DNA from: Lama glama
Taxonomy: Eukaryota
Direction: 5' to 3'
Length of the DNA stretch: 64,000 bases
NCBI GenBank assembly: GCA_028534125.1
Contig: CM052817.1
Coordinates: 42,844,001-42,908,000, forward strand
Every line of letters begins with the position of its first letter. The stretch's first letter is position 1. The translations under genes were made by a program, and so were the position numbers. The notes below the pieces were generated by a model, which did no database searches, was not told where the DNA came from, and was given only the letters and a program-made list of their open reading frames with translations. Of this stretch, positions 36,571-48,478 are shown in pieces.

Positions 36571-37856
36571 TTTGTATGTCTTCATTGGAGAACTGCTTGT
36601 TTAGGCCTTCTGCTTATTTTTGGATTGGATTGTTTGTTTTTCTGTTATTAAGTTGTATGAGCTGTTTGTATATGCTGGAGCTTAAGCCCTTGTCAGTTGT
36701 ATCATTTGCAAATATTTGCCCCATTCTCTAGGTTGTCTTTTTGTTTTTAGTTTCCTTTGCTGTGAAAAAGCTTGTAAGTTTAATTAGATCCCACTTGTTT
36801 ATTTGTGCTTTTATTTCTATCGCTAGGGTAGACTGCCCCAGGAGAACATTGCTAAGATTTATGTCAGATAATGTTTTGCCTGTGTGTTTTTCCAGGAGAT
36901 ATACGAATGGCCAATAGACATATGAAAAAATATTCAATATTACTAATTTATCAGAAAAATACAAATCAAAACTACAATGAGGTTTTATCTAACACTAGCC
37001 AGCATGGCCATCATTCAAAAGTCCACAAATGATAAATCTGAAGAGGGCATGGGAAAAAAGGAACCCTCTTATACTGTTGGTGGGAATGTAGTTTGGTGCA
37101 GCCATTATGGAAAACAGTATGGAGATTCCTCAAAAGACTAAAACCAGACTTATCATATGATCCAGTAATCCCACTCCTGGGCATATATCCAGAGGGAACT
37201 CTAATTTGAAAAGATAGATGCACCCCAGTGTTCATAACAGCACTATTTTTTTTTTACAATAGCCAAGACATGGAAACAACCTAAATGTCCATTGATAGAT
37301 GACTGGATAAAGAAGATGTTTTATATTTATACAATGGAATACTACTCGGCCACAAAAAAGAATAAAATAATGCCATTTGCTGCAACAAGGATGGACCTGG
37401 GGATCGTCATTCTAAGTGAAGTAAGCCAGAAAGAGAAAGAAAATTGCCATATGATATCACTTATCTGTGGAATCTGAAAAAAAAAAAAAAGAAAAGAAAG
37501 AAACGAACTTACTTACAAAACAGAAACAAACCCACAGACACAGAAAACAAACTTATGGTTATGGCTCAGGGCAGGGGGTAGTGGTGGGAAGGGGATGGGA
37601 AGGGATAAATTGAGAGTTTGAGATTTACAGATACTAACTACTACACATAAAATGATAAATAATAAGTTTATACTGTATAGCACAGGGAACTATAGTCAAT
37701 ATTTTGCAATAACCTATAATGAAAAATAATATGAGAACAAATATGTGCATGTATATGTATGACTAAAACTTTATGCTGTAAGCCAGAAATTGACACAACA
37801 CTGTAAACTAATTATACTTCAATAAAAAATAAGTAAGTAAAAATAAATTTAAGAAA
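36571..37856 (+). mobile_element. L1 with 5' inversion (twin-priming structure)
   Basis: Inverted part 36571-36891, sense part 36892-37856 with 3' UTR and A-rich tail; TSD AAGAAGCTGCCACA (36557-36570) / AAGAAGCTACCACA (37857-37870). Confidence 0.92.
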
Positions 37857-38959
37857 AAGAAGCTACCACAAGTAATCCTAATAACTTTTGTCCCCATCAG
37901 AGTTGAGAATCTCTTGTGTAGATGAAGAAGAAGCTGTCAAGGAAACATTCTTGAAATGAGCTTTCAGTGTTGTTTTTAGTCATGAATTTGAGAGAGAGCT
38001 CATCTGTGTGGACAAACACACACTTGGAAAACAAATCCACAAAATAAGTAGCTACTCAGACTTTGTAGGAAACTGTTTAAAGTATGTAATTAAACTGCCA
38101 AATGTATTCTAAAATAAAACTACTTTTGTTTTTTGCTAAAATAAGTTAACACGTAATTTTGCAACACAATGAGGGGTCTTATAATTTTTTTAAAAATGTA
38201 GTTTCAGGAGTGATTCAAGGAAACTTTTCCAATGTCAGACAATGGGTCTTGTCAGAGAAATTTATATTATTAAGAGATAGCATTTTCCCACTAATTTATT
38301 TCATTTTACATCCTATAGGGAAGTCATAAAGTCATGAAAAAACAGTACTTTCTCAATGTTCAGATGATAAAACCACAGATTAGCACTCAGAATAAAGGAA
38401 TTTAAACTCAAGGCAAAACTTCCAAGCTCTTGATTTTACACTTTTTTCTACCAATTTTATCACTTTCTAACTTTTGTAGTGTTCGCATTCTTCTCAGTGT
38501 CTTGTTTCTGAACCAATTTTCTATATCCATAAAGGAAAAATAATTCAAATAAATAAGGAAACAAATAATGAATGCATACTAACTAGACTTTGTGCTAGTT
38601 CCACATAGACTCTCCAAGCAGCAGATCAACCAAATGTTATTTATGTACTTTTCTATAATTCATTTTGGCTAATAGCATTTTATAGTAGATTTGTCATTTT
38701 AATCATCATTTGCTAAGTATTCCTAAATACACATCCCAGAACCAGGAGGAGAGAGAGGCAATCTAAGCTTAAACATTGATCACGGCTAAACCACAAAGTA
38801 AATAATCCATGAATGGATAGTCACATTTTCACTAAAAGTATGAGATCTATGTTACCTTATCCAATAATGGCACTATGTTTACATTAAAATAATTCTTGTT
38901 TTCATGCAAAATTCAGATGCTTCAGACCTGTACCTCTCCCTTCACAGACTTCACTGTAT

Positions 38960-39460
38960 GATAACTATAAAATCACTGCTTGTCTACATGCTCATATTTT
39001 ACCTACAGTCTAGATACGAGGTTGTAAATATCTAGATATTTACATACCACAGTGCAGAGACTATTTCCAGTGCCAAGCCTTACAGAATGCCACATAATGG
39101 AATAAAACAGGTATTTATTGGCTGGATGAATGAACCAACTCCAAAAGGATGTTTCATAGCTGGGATTTCAGTGAATGCTGTACTGTCGTGTCTCAGCGGA
39201 CATGTGTCTCCTCCAAGAGGCCTTTCCTGAATGTTCTCTCTCAGTTGGCTCCTCATGGATTTCTTTTCTCTTCACAGCACATAATATTGTTTATGGTTAT
39301 AAGTTCACTAACGTGTATTTTTGTTTACTCTCAGTTCCTCGGCCGCACCTGACTGTAACTTCTACAACCACAGGTGATACATTTGTCACATTTACCTTTT
39401 GACCTCCAGCACTGGGTGTAGGACCCAACACACAGTAAACACTCAGAGACTTGAATGAAG
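38960..39460 (+). mobile_element. Two adjacent L2 3' fragments
   Basis: Tails TGGATGAATGAA (about 39130) and CACAGTAAACACTCAG...TGAATGAA (about 39455). Confidence 0.6.
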
Positions 39461-39793
39461 CTGGAAAACGATAGCTATGCTTAGTATTATTTGTATTGTA
39501 TTTATTTCTCTGTGATTCTAAGCATTTGTGAATTTAGTTTTTACTACTCTATTTGCACTTACTAGATTACCCCACCATATTCATAGAACAATACAAACCA
39601 ATGCCAGAAATAATGATAATACTGTGATACAAAAGATCCTGAAACCTTTTTAAGATGAAAATGAAAACAATGTTTCATGTAATATTAACATTAATATGTG
39701 TTAATATGCTCTAAACTAGAAAAACTGATCATTCACATCAGTATCTCTCTGGGAACTGACACCCCATTCTCAATGTTTTTCTCAGAAATGGTT

Positions 39794-40546
39794 TGACTCC
39801 AATTATCTACGGCTGTATAACAAACCACCCCAAAACCTAGCAGCTTAAGACAACAGTATTTATTTTGTTCACAAACCTACAATCTGAACAGGGTTAGAGC
39901 AGGACAGCCGCTCTCTGCTCCACTCAGTGTCAGCTGAGTGACTTAAAGGCTGGGTCTGGAATCACCCGAATACTTGTTCATTCACTCATCTGCCACGTGG
40001 GCTAAGAGCCTGAGGCTGGAGGATGGAGCTCCTCAATCACTCTCTCCAACCCAGGTAATCTCCCCGTGGCCCCTCCAGCATGATGTCTTCAGCGTCGCTG
40101 GTCTTCTTGCACATGGTTTAGGGATATCAAGGTGTGTGTCCCCAGAGAGAGAGCCATATCAAAGCAGGACTGGCAACATAATTTTTGAGGCCAAATGCAA
40201 ATTAAAAATGCAGGGCTCCCTGTTCAAAATTACTAAGAATTTTAAGACAATGACAACAGAGCATGAAACCAAGCTCTGGGGACTTCTGATTATGGGGTCC
40301 TATGCAACTGCTCAGGTCACACACCCGGGATGCTGGCCTTGATAGAAGCCATTCTGTATTTCATGATCTAGCATCACTCAGCATCATATCTGCTGCATTC
40401 TATTCACCACGGTAGTCACAAAGGCTCACCCAATTTCAAGAGAAAGAGAAATAACTACATATCTTGTTGGGAGTGACCATGACATGGAAGAGCACATAAG
40501 GTTGGAAAAGTTACTATAGTCATTTCTGAAAATACAGTCTACCACA
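39794..40546 (-). mobile_element. MaLR LTR (MLT1F/G/H-like), interrupted by MER45A
   Basis: GCTGTATAACAAACCACCCCAAAACCTAGCAGCTTAAGACAACA start; ends GAAAATACAGTCTACCACA. Confidence 0.85.
40165..40341 (-). mobile_element. MER45A-like hAT-Tip100 DNA transposon, full length
   Basis: CAGGACTGGCAACATAATTTTTGAGGCC...TGTTCAAAATTACTAAGAATTTTAAGA...GCTGGCCTTG; 177 bp. Confidence 0.85.
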
Positions 40547-40619
40547 TGTTTGCTATAAATGACTGGCATTCTTTCCGAGAATAGAAATGTAACAAACTTA
40601 GAAAATTCATACTGACAAC

Positions 40620-40850
40620 TATAACAGGCACCACATATTTAGGGAACTTCCTCTACGTGGGGTGCTGACTGAGCACTTCAGAGACTTCATCTCATTCCAT
40701 CCTCGTGACTCCCCACTTAGTAGGTGCAGGGCCAGCACCCTGTTACAGAGCTGGCACCGTGGAGAGGTGGGAGGTGACCGCACAGGGAATAAGCAACAGA
40801 ACAGGGAGCTGACCCAGGTCTGACGCTAAGAATGATTATCACTGTTCAGT
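40620..40850 (-). mobile_element. MIR SINE
   Basis: CATCTCATTCCATCCTC...GACCCAGGTCTGAC. Confidence 0.55.
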
Positions 40851-40941
40851 GTTGTTGAAGTAAATTGCCCAAGAGACAAATTCTGACAGGACTGTACTCA
40901 ACCCCTGCCTCCCACCACTAGATGACTCTGTCACGGTTAGC

Positions 40942-41447
40942 TGTAGTGGGCACCTACGAGGCTGTCTAGCATAACTTCCTTATCTCTGCTGACTCTCCTT
41001 CCCTCCATCTTCATGGTGCACACGTTCATATGCCTGACTCCAATGCCCTGGCTATACTGGGAAAAACTGGGGCAGAGTTTCACCCCTGGAATGGAAGGCA
41101 GGAAGAGAGAGAGAGACGGATAAACATCGGTTGACTTGGTCTATCTTCAAAATCTGCACCTGAGATACACAAAATCTGGACACTCTATGCAGTTCTATTT
41201 TCCGTCTTGTGTTCTGAGGAAAATAGAGTAGATTTATAGAAAAAGAAAAGAGTTAAGTGAGTAGAGAGCAGCAAGACTTGCAAAAGAGAACCAATAATAT
41301 TTGTATGGATTTTCTCAGACTGTTGTTGAGGGCCGACTGTATCCCTGATCCTGAGATAACTACATGTCCTTAGGATACACTTTCATGTTCTGCTATTGTT
41401 GGCTTAGGTGGTAGTTCGTTATGTGCTAGCAAAATAATCCTAACACA
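40942..41447 (+). mobile_element. Old MaLR LTR (MLT1J/K/L-like)
   Basis: Starts TGTAGTGGGCACC; ends GCAAAATAATCCTAACACA. Confidence 0.45.
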
Positions 41448-44079
41448 TGCAGGTAACATAACAGCTTGCCTTAATAGAGAGCAAATTCTAGAGCCAATGA
41501 ACTTCCCAAATAAAAAGATAAAAAATAAGTTCATAGTTTTTCAAAGGCTCTATAAACCTTAGAGGCAAATCCAAGTTTCATTTAGGCAATAACCAAAAGT
41601 TGAAAGAGTCTATGTGTGGCAGTAAGATGAAATAGACACCTCATGATCACTATTAGGGGGAGAAGAGCACATCCAAGTCAATCAATCTAGGCTGTCTTAG
41701 TCTGCCTTCTGAATTTTATAGAAAAAAATTTCACCTCTGCAAAAAGGATTTTCCTCCAGTATCTCCAGTCCATTTAGAAGTGAGGTGAGGAAATGAATTC
41801 TACGTATTTTAAATGTCTCCCGGTATTTGAAAAGAAGAACATTTGGCAAAATCTGCTTCTCCGCCCTCCCCCAGCAGACTCGCTTCAATTATGGATTCAT
41901 TATCCAATTCTACACATAATTCATAGTAGCTTTGGCATCACTGGAGAAGCATTCTAGCGTGTGTCAGCAGTGCTTCCTCCAAGTTCTGTGCAAAGGGAGT
42001 CGCAGGAAAAGCTGTACTTCTGTCTGAAGAGCCTTGCTCCCCTTGTCTCATGTTTCTCCACCCACCCAGGGCCTCCGTCTTCTTCATTCAGGGAGCTTTT
42101 TCCCAAGCCTGCAGTTTAGGGGAGAGGGAGAGGGAGGAGGGGATTCTGGTGAACAGCTGGGGCCCATCACTTCTCATTGCAGGTCTTGGGGAGATGTGGT
42201 TGACAGAGTGATGCACAGAGCCTGTCCCAGTTAATGACTTCACCATTCTCCATCATTATCCCCATCATTAGAAAATTAGGAGGACAGAAGGTATTTACTG
42301 TAAACCTGCCACCTCCCAAGGAGAGATAAATAGAAACTGATAAATGGGCTCTTCTGGTGCTGTTCGTCTATTAACCTTCTGCTTCCCAGCTCCGGCATAT
42401 GCATGCCATCCTGCCATTAATATCCAGTAATTGGCATGGCAGCAGGCAATACAATCATACCTTTACTGTGAGTGTTCCCTCCGTGCGGTGTGTGCCTACG
42501 CAAGCACACAATTACATTCATAATGAAGCTTTGCTAAACAGGCTGGTTAAAAGACATTAGGCAGTTGTCCCCTAGCCATAACACCAGCCTCCCGCAGCCA
42601 TTCAGAGCTTAACTCTTCACTAGCCTGGGCACCGGCTGCCTGCCATCACTAGTCTTTCTGCTCTCATTGTATGCTAGCCGACCTGTTCCTTAAAGGAAGT
42701 CTCTTTGTTTTCGTTTCATTTTGTTTTTAACAGCTTCTCTTTCTTAACTCCATGTGCCTTGGGAGAAAAGGCACAGCCAGCCTATGAATGATTTGGACCC
42801 ACCTCCTCGGGTTGACTGCCTGGCATGAGGCAGGTTGGTGTTGCATCCATGTTGTGGCCAGCGGCGACCACCCAGGGGCAATGTCCTTCATTTGTCACCA
42901 GTTGAGAGCCAAGCTGCTAGGCAGTGTTTCCCAAGAAGATTTTGTGTTCTTTAGTGTTTTCCTAGGTGATAGGGGGAAGAAAGAATGTTTCTATTCAAAT
43001 TTATTCCTTGTATGATAATTGAGCAGAAAGGAGGGTAATAAGCTTGGTGTCTGGTATTATGAAGACTGCATCCTCAGTGTTCATCTGCTCAAACTCTCAG
43101 AGATCTTGAAGGAGCATGAATCCCAGGAGATCCTGAAAGAGTTTACAGAAAACTGAGGCCCACAAAGACAGCCACCTCATTCTGTTACCCATCTGCTCAC
43201 ACTGTGGTTGCGAAATGAACATTTGGTCTCTGCTTCCCTGACCTATTTCTTCCCAAGTTACATTCCAGCATTTACTATGAAGACTTCACAAAAGTGACTG
43301 CAGTGGGCAGACTGTTTCACTGGATGAAACATGAAAAGCAAAGACGAGTAATCTCTAAGAAACACACAGCAGATTCTATGAAATGAATCAAACTGGTCCT
43401 AAACATGGCCCTGAGGAGTGAAAAAAAAAGAAAGAAAAGAAAAGATAGTTGCAAGAGGAGAGGTGAGGCTGGAGAAAGGTAATATCAGCAAAGAGATAAA
43501 AAGCAATAAAAAGACCAACGAGAAGAAAATGGCATGACAATCTTATTACTGGTGTTCAGGAACCATAGCCTCTCTGTCAGAAAAACACCAGATCACCCAT
43601 TTGAGAACTTCATAAAACTAAATGATCAATAGATTATAGCTCTGGCCCTCCTTCCACACAGCATAAAACAAATAATAATATCGCCAATAAATATAACAAA
43701 TAGGGCAATCTTTCCCGTTTCCTGCAGACCTCTCACAGAACATGCTACAGGATCTTTTCATTTCCTCTTCAGGATACTAAGCGGCTTGCCAGACTCCCAG
43801 TCAAGCACAGCCTCTCCAGCTGTCTTCCAAGCATCCACCTTTAAATACAGAATCTGGATATAGCTGGGCAGCCTTGCATTCATGGAAGATTTCATTCTGC
43901 AGAAATACCTGGGGGCAGAGCCTCAGTCAGTTGGAACTCTATGAGTGAAAACTCTCCCGGGGCTGTTGCCAAGCACACACCTCTAGTACAATGATAAATA
44001 ATGTTTGTCAGGATGAGCCGAAGACAGGTTAAGAGATTGATGTGAATCCTGCCTCTTCCTAGTGATTCCTTATTTTCAT

Positions 44080-44240
44080 CTGCCTTTACATCTTTACAAA
44101 GCCCTTTTACATTATCTCTTCTGATTCACAACAACGTCCAGGGCAGTCATCAAGAGATGATGTTGGGATCCCTATGATACAGCTATGGAAACTAAGACTC
44201 AAAAAAGGCAAGAGACTTTCCCAGGTCACATAGCCAAGAC
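44080..44240 (-). mobile_element. MIR fragment
   Basis: GGAAACTAAGACTCA...GACTTTCCCAGGTCACATAGC. Confidence 0.65.
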
Positions 44241-44356
44241 CAGAGTCTTCTTTCCTTTTCAGCACCCACTGTATTGCCAGTTCCCGCAGGCACCATTCAC
44301 ACTGTGTTCTACATGAACAGGCCCCCTGCAGGTGGGCAATACAGCTGCCCTAAAAA

Positions 44357-44530
44357 TGCAGCATGATATAGTGGAAATAGGAAGGGCTTTGGAATCAAGG
44401 ACCTGATTTTGCTACTAACTGGCTGCATTACCCCAGATAATTTTTAAATTTCTGTGAATTTGAGTCTCCTCATCTGTGAAAATGGGTGATGATGATATCA
44501 ATTCCTTACAGCATACATACATTACATTAA
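44357..44530 (+). mobile_element. MIR fragment
   Basis: GCAGCATGATATAGTGGAAA...GGCTTTGGAATCA...TCCTCATCTGTGAAAATGGG. Confidence 0.75.
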
Positions 44531-45086
44531 TATACAGCAAATTATGGAAAACACCTCCTAGAGCATTTCTTTCTCTGTCTTCCTCTCCTCTATTTACCAC
44601 ATTGTCCCTTTAGTCCAGGAAAAGTTTAATGTAAATCTGTTTTGTAAAATTCTAGCTCTTTGGAAATCAGCAAACTATATACCATAATGGTGACTCTCTC
44701 TTTAAGTGGAACAAAATTAACCAGAGTATTTCATCCCCATGCCATGCCAGATGAACATATACAAAAGTGTTACAGGCTCTGACAAAAGAATTAGTTAAAA
44801 TCAAGGGATATTTTTGAACAGTATAAAATAAAAATACAATATAAGACATCTTACAATTCTTCTGCCATCCCCATCACAAGGAATTTCTCTCTAACTTTTC
44901 TTCTCTTTCATACTCATTTATCACCGTGAGAGAGTTAGGTCTCCTCTCTCAAGTGTATCCTTGCCATTCGTCTCTCCTCTTCCACATCAAGAGGTTTATC
45001 AACTCAAATTTCTAGCATTGACAGTTGACAATTCTAAGAAACTCAGTTTTTTATTAAGCAGAAGAACCATTTTGTTCTCTGAGATT

Positions 45087-45435
45087 TATTTTTAAAAATG
45101 TGCAAACAAAAACCTTAATTAAATAGACTTGGGAAGCCAGTAGGAGGCCCTCTCACACCCTGTGACAATAGCCCAGCCCGATAGGAAGAATAAAGACTCC
45201 TTTTCTTTCCTGGCAAGGACTAAGCCAATGAAAAGCCATAGACTCTGTGTTTACCATAGTCCTCCCAACCTCCTTTTTCTCTCTATTACAGTGTTCTCCT
45301 TCTCTTGCCAAATAGATACTTGCATGTGGTGCACACACCATGGTTGCAAACTACGAATTGCAATTCTCTGCTGATCTCAAATAAATCCATCTTTTCTGGG
45401 GAAATATCTTGCAGTCTATTTGTTTCAGGTCAACA
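45087..45435 (+). mobile_element. Short ERV1-type solo LTR
   Basis: CCAAT, AATAAA and terminal AGGTCAACA; 4-bp TSD GATT (45083-45086, 45436-45439) if the left TG mutated to TA. Confidence 0.7.
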
Positions 45436-45554
45436 GATTCAACCTTCACTTTTCACACCATGCTCAAGTTCTCCTCATTTGGGATTCTCATTTGGGCAAA
45501 TTACCACCTTCCTCCATCCACAAGCTTTTGGAAATAGAGCTGAAATAGAGTATA

Positions 45555-45782
45555 AGGGCTAAGGGCATCATTGATCCTGCCTGCAGTTGAAAATCTGTGT
45601 GTAATTTACAGTTGGCCCTCCATATACACAGTTCCTCCATATATGCAGATCTTCCATATCTGTGGTTCCATGTCTGCAGATTCAACTAAACAGGGATAAT
45701 GTAACATTACAGTATTCATTATTTTTTTTTAAATCCAAGTGGACCTACCCAATTCAAACACGTGTTGTTCAAGGGTCAACTG
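45555..45782. mobile_element. Tigger-derived MITE (MER8-like), left TIR lost
   Basis: Right TIR GTTGTTCAAGGGTCAACTG followed by TA; homologous to 2187-2407. Confidence 0.8.
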
Positions 45783-45804
45783 TATACAGGAGTAATTTCT
45801 AGTT

Positions 45805-47660
45805 ATCAGAATGACAGGGGCCAAGCTCACCAAGATGGCAGGATACAAGTTCAATATAAAAAAATCAATTGTATTTCTACATACTAGTAATAAACATTCT
45901 GAAAATGAAAAAAGGAAAACAATTCCACTTATGATAGGATCAAAAAGAGTAAAATACATAGGAATAAATTTAGCAAAGAAAGTGTAAGACACATACTAAA
46001 AAATACAAAACATCACTGAAGGAAATTAAAGAACTAAGTAAAAGGGAAGATGTTCCGTGTTCATGGACTGAAGGACAGTATTGTTAAGATAAAAACACTC
46101 CTTAACCTGATATACAGATTCAATGCAATCTCTAACAACATCCCCACCTCATGTTTTGCAGACATGGGCATGCTGATCCTAACATTCATATGGAAATGCA
46201 AGAAACCCAGAACAGCCAAAATAACCTTAAAAAAACAAATTTGGAAGACTCATACTTTCTTATTTTAAAACTTACTATAAAGCCACAGTAATCAAGACAA
46301 TCTGCTGCTGGCATAATGATAGTCATACAGGTCAATAGGATAGAATTTATATCCAGATATAACCCCCTGAATTTAAGGTTGATAGATTTTTGGCAAGGGT
46401 GTCAGGGCCACTGAGTGAGAAATAATAGTCTTTTCAAAATGATGATGGGACAACTGGATAACTGCATGCAAAAGAATGAATTTAGAGCCCTATCTCACAA
46501 CATATAAAAAAGTAAAACAAACCAAAAAAAACTCTCAAATGGATCATAGAACTAATGTAAGAGCTAAAAGTGTAAAATTCTTAGAAGAAAACAGAAGAGT
46601 AAATCTTTGAAACCTTGAGTTAAACAATTATTTTTTAGATATGACACCAAATACTCAAGCAAAAAATATATAAATCAAACTTCATCAAAATTAAAAACTT
46701 TTCTACTTCATGGACACCATCAAGAAAGTGTCTTTGATAAATCTCACAGAGTAGGGGAAAATATTTGCAGATTATATATCTAATAAATGGGCTTGTAACC
46801 ATAATATATAAAGAACTCATACAGTTCAATAGTAAAAAAAAAAAATTAACCCAATTAAGAGATCAGTAAAAGATTTGAATAGACATTTCTTCAAAGAATA
46901 TATACAAACAGCCAATAAGCTCATGAAAACATGTTCAAAATCGTTAGTCATTAGGAAAATACAAATCAAATCTACAATTAGATACTACTTTACACCCACT
47001 AAGATGGTTTTAATAGAAAAAAATAAGTTAAAACAAGTGTTGGTGGGGATGTGGAGAAACTGGAAGCACATACGTTGCTAATGGTGTGAAATGATGCAGC
47101 CACCATAGAAAACAGTATGATAGCTTCTCAAAAAGTTGAACATAGAGTTACCACATGACCCAGTAATTCCATTCCTAAGTATATACCTTAGAGAACTGAA
47201 AACACATGTCCCCATAAAATCTGTACACAGATATTCACAGCATGATTCCTAACAGCTAAAAGTGGAAACTACCCAAATACCCATCAATTGACAAATGATA
47301 AACAAAATGTGCTATATTCATATAACGGGATAATATCTGGCAATAAAAAGAATGGAGTACTGATATATGCTGCAACATGGATAAACCTTGAAAACATGCT
47401 AAGTGAAAGAAGTCATAAATGTCACATATTATATGGTTACATTAATATGAAATGTCCAGAAAAGGCAAATCTAAAGAGACAGCAGATTAATGGATTCTAG
47501 GGAAGGGAAGGAGAAGGAATGGGAGTGATGAAAATACTCTGGAAATAGATAGTGGTGATGGTTGCACAACTTTGTGAATATACCAAAAAACACTGAATTG
47601 TGCACTTTAAATGGGTGACGTTTATAGTATGTGAATTATATCTCAATAAAGCTGTTTTTT
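45805..47660 (+). mobile_element. L1MB-like element: 3' part of ORF2 and 3' UTR
   Basis: Degenerate ORF2 (IVKIKTLLNLIYRFNAI, MNRHFFKEYIQTANKLMKTCS) and 3' end GATAGTGGTGATGGTTGCACAAC...GAATTATATCTCAATAAAGCTG. Confidence 0.9.
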
Positions 47661-47849
47661 TTTTAATGATACAAACCTACTACTGGCAATTTAGACAGGG
47701 ACCAAGAATGCTAGACATTCTGAAATATCATGAGAGTCCTGTTCAAAAGATATTTTTAAATGAAACACTATTGGTATTTATTTCTGAGCCATTTATTTTA
47801 GAGCTAAATCCTGCTGTTTTTCTTACCTCGTTATCATAATCAGTGAAAT

Positions 47850-48478
47850 CAGTGTTCCATGGTATAAAAGGCACAAATTAAGAAATCAAAAAATGTGGAT
47901 ATTAATCTGAGTTCAACTCCCAGAAGCTCAGGCAAGTTATTTCACTCCCCTAGGCCCCTTTCATTGCCTAACAGATGAAGAATGTGATGGTTAATTTAAT
48001 CTGTCAAGTTGCCTGGGCCATGGTGCCCAGTTATTTGGTCAAACGTTATTCTAGCTATTTCTGTGAGGATGTTTTGAATGAGATCAACATTTAAATAAGT
48101 AAACTTTGAGTAAAACAGATTGTCCTTCATAATTTGGGTGGACCTCATCCAATCATTTGAAGGCCTGAATAGAACAAAAGACTGACGTTCCCAAGCAGGA
48201 CGGAATTCTGCCAGCAGGCATTCTTTGAACTTGAATGTAGCATCAGCTCTTTTTTGGGTCTCCAGCCTGCCAGCCCACTCTGCAGGTTTTTGACCATTCT
48301 CCATAATCACACGGGCCAATTTCTTCAAATAAATCTCTTTATACACATACACATACACACACACACAGACACACACACACACACCCCTTATTGGTTTTGT
48401 TTCTCTGGAGAAATCTAACACCAAAAATATGCCTTAAAGGTCTAAGAGATCTAACCCTCCAGCAATATTAGCATTCAA
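47850..48478 (+). mobile_element. MIR/MIR3 split by an MLT2
   Basis: CAGGCAAGTTATTTCACTCCCCTAGGCC before 47983; MIR3-like tail after 48420. Confidence 0.45.
47983..48420 (+). mobile_element. ERVL solo LTR (MLT2D-like) with (CA)n
   Basis: TGTGATGGTTAATTT start; homologous to 31313-31729; CA repeat at about 48342-48384. Confidence 0.92.

Noticed and set aside
47996..48424. 142-aa ORF
   Set aside because: Antisense reading of an MLT2 LTR plus a CA repeat (VCVCV).
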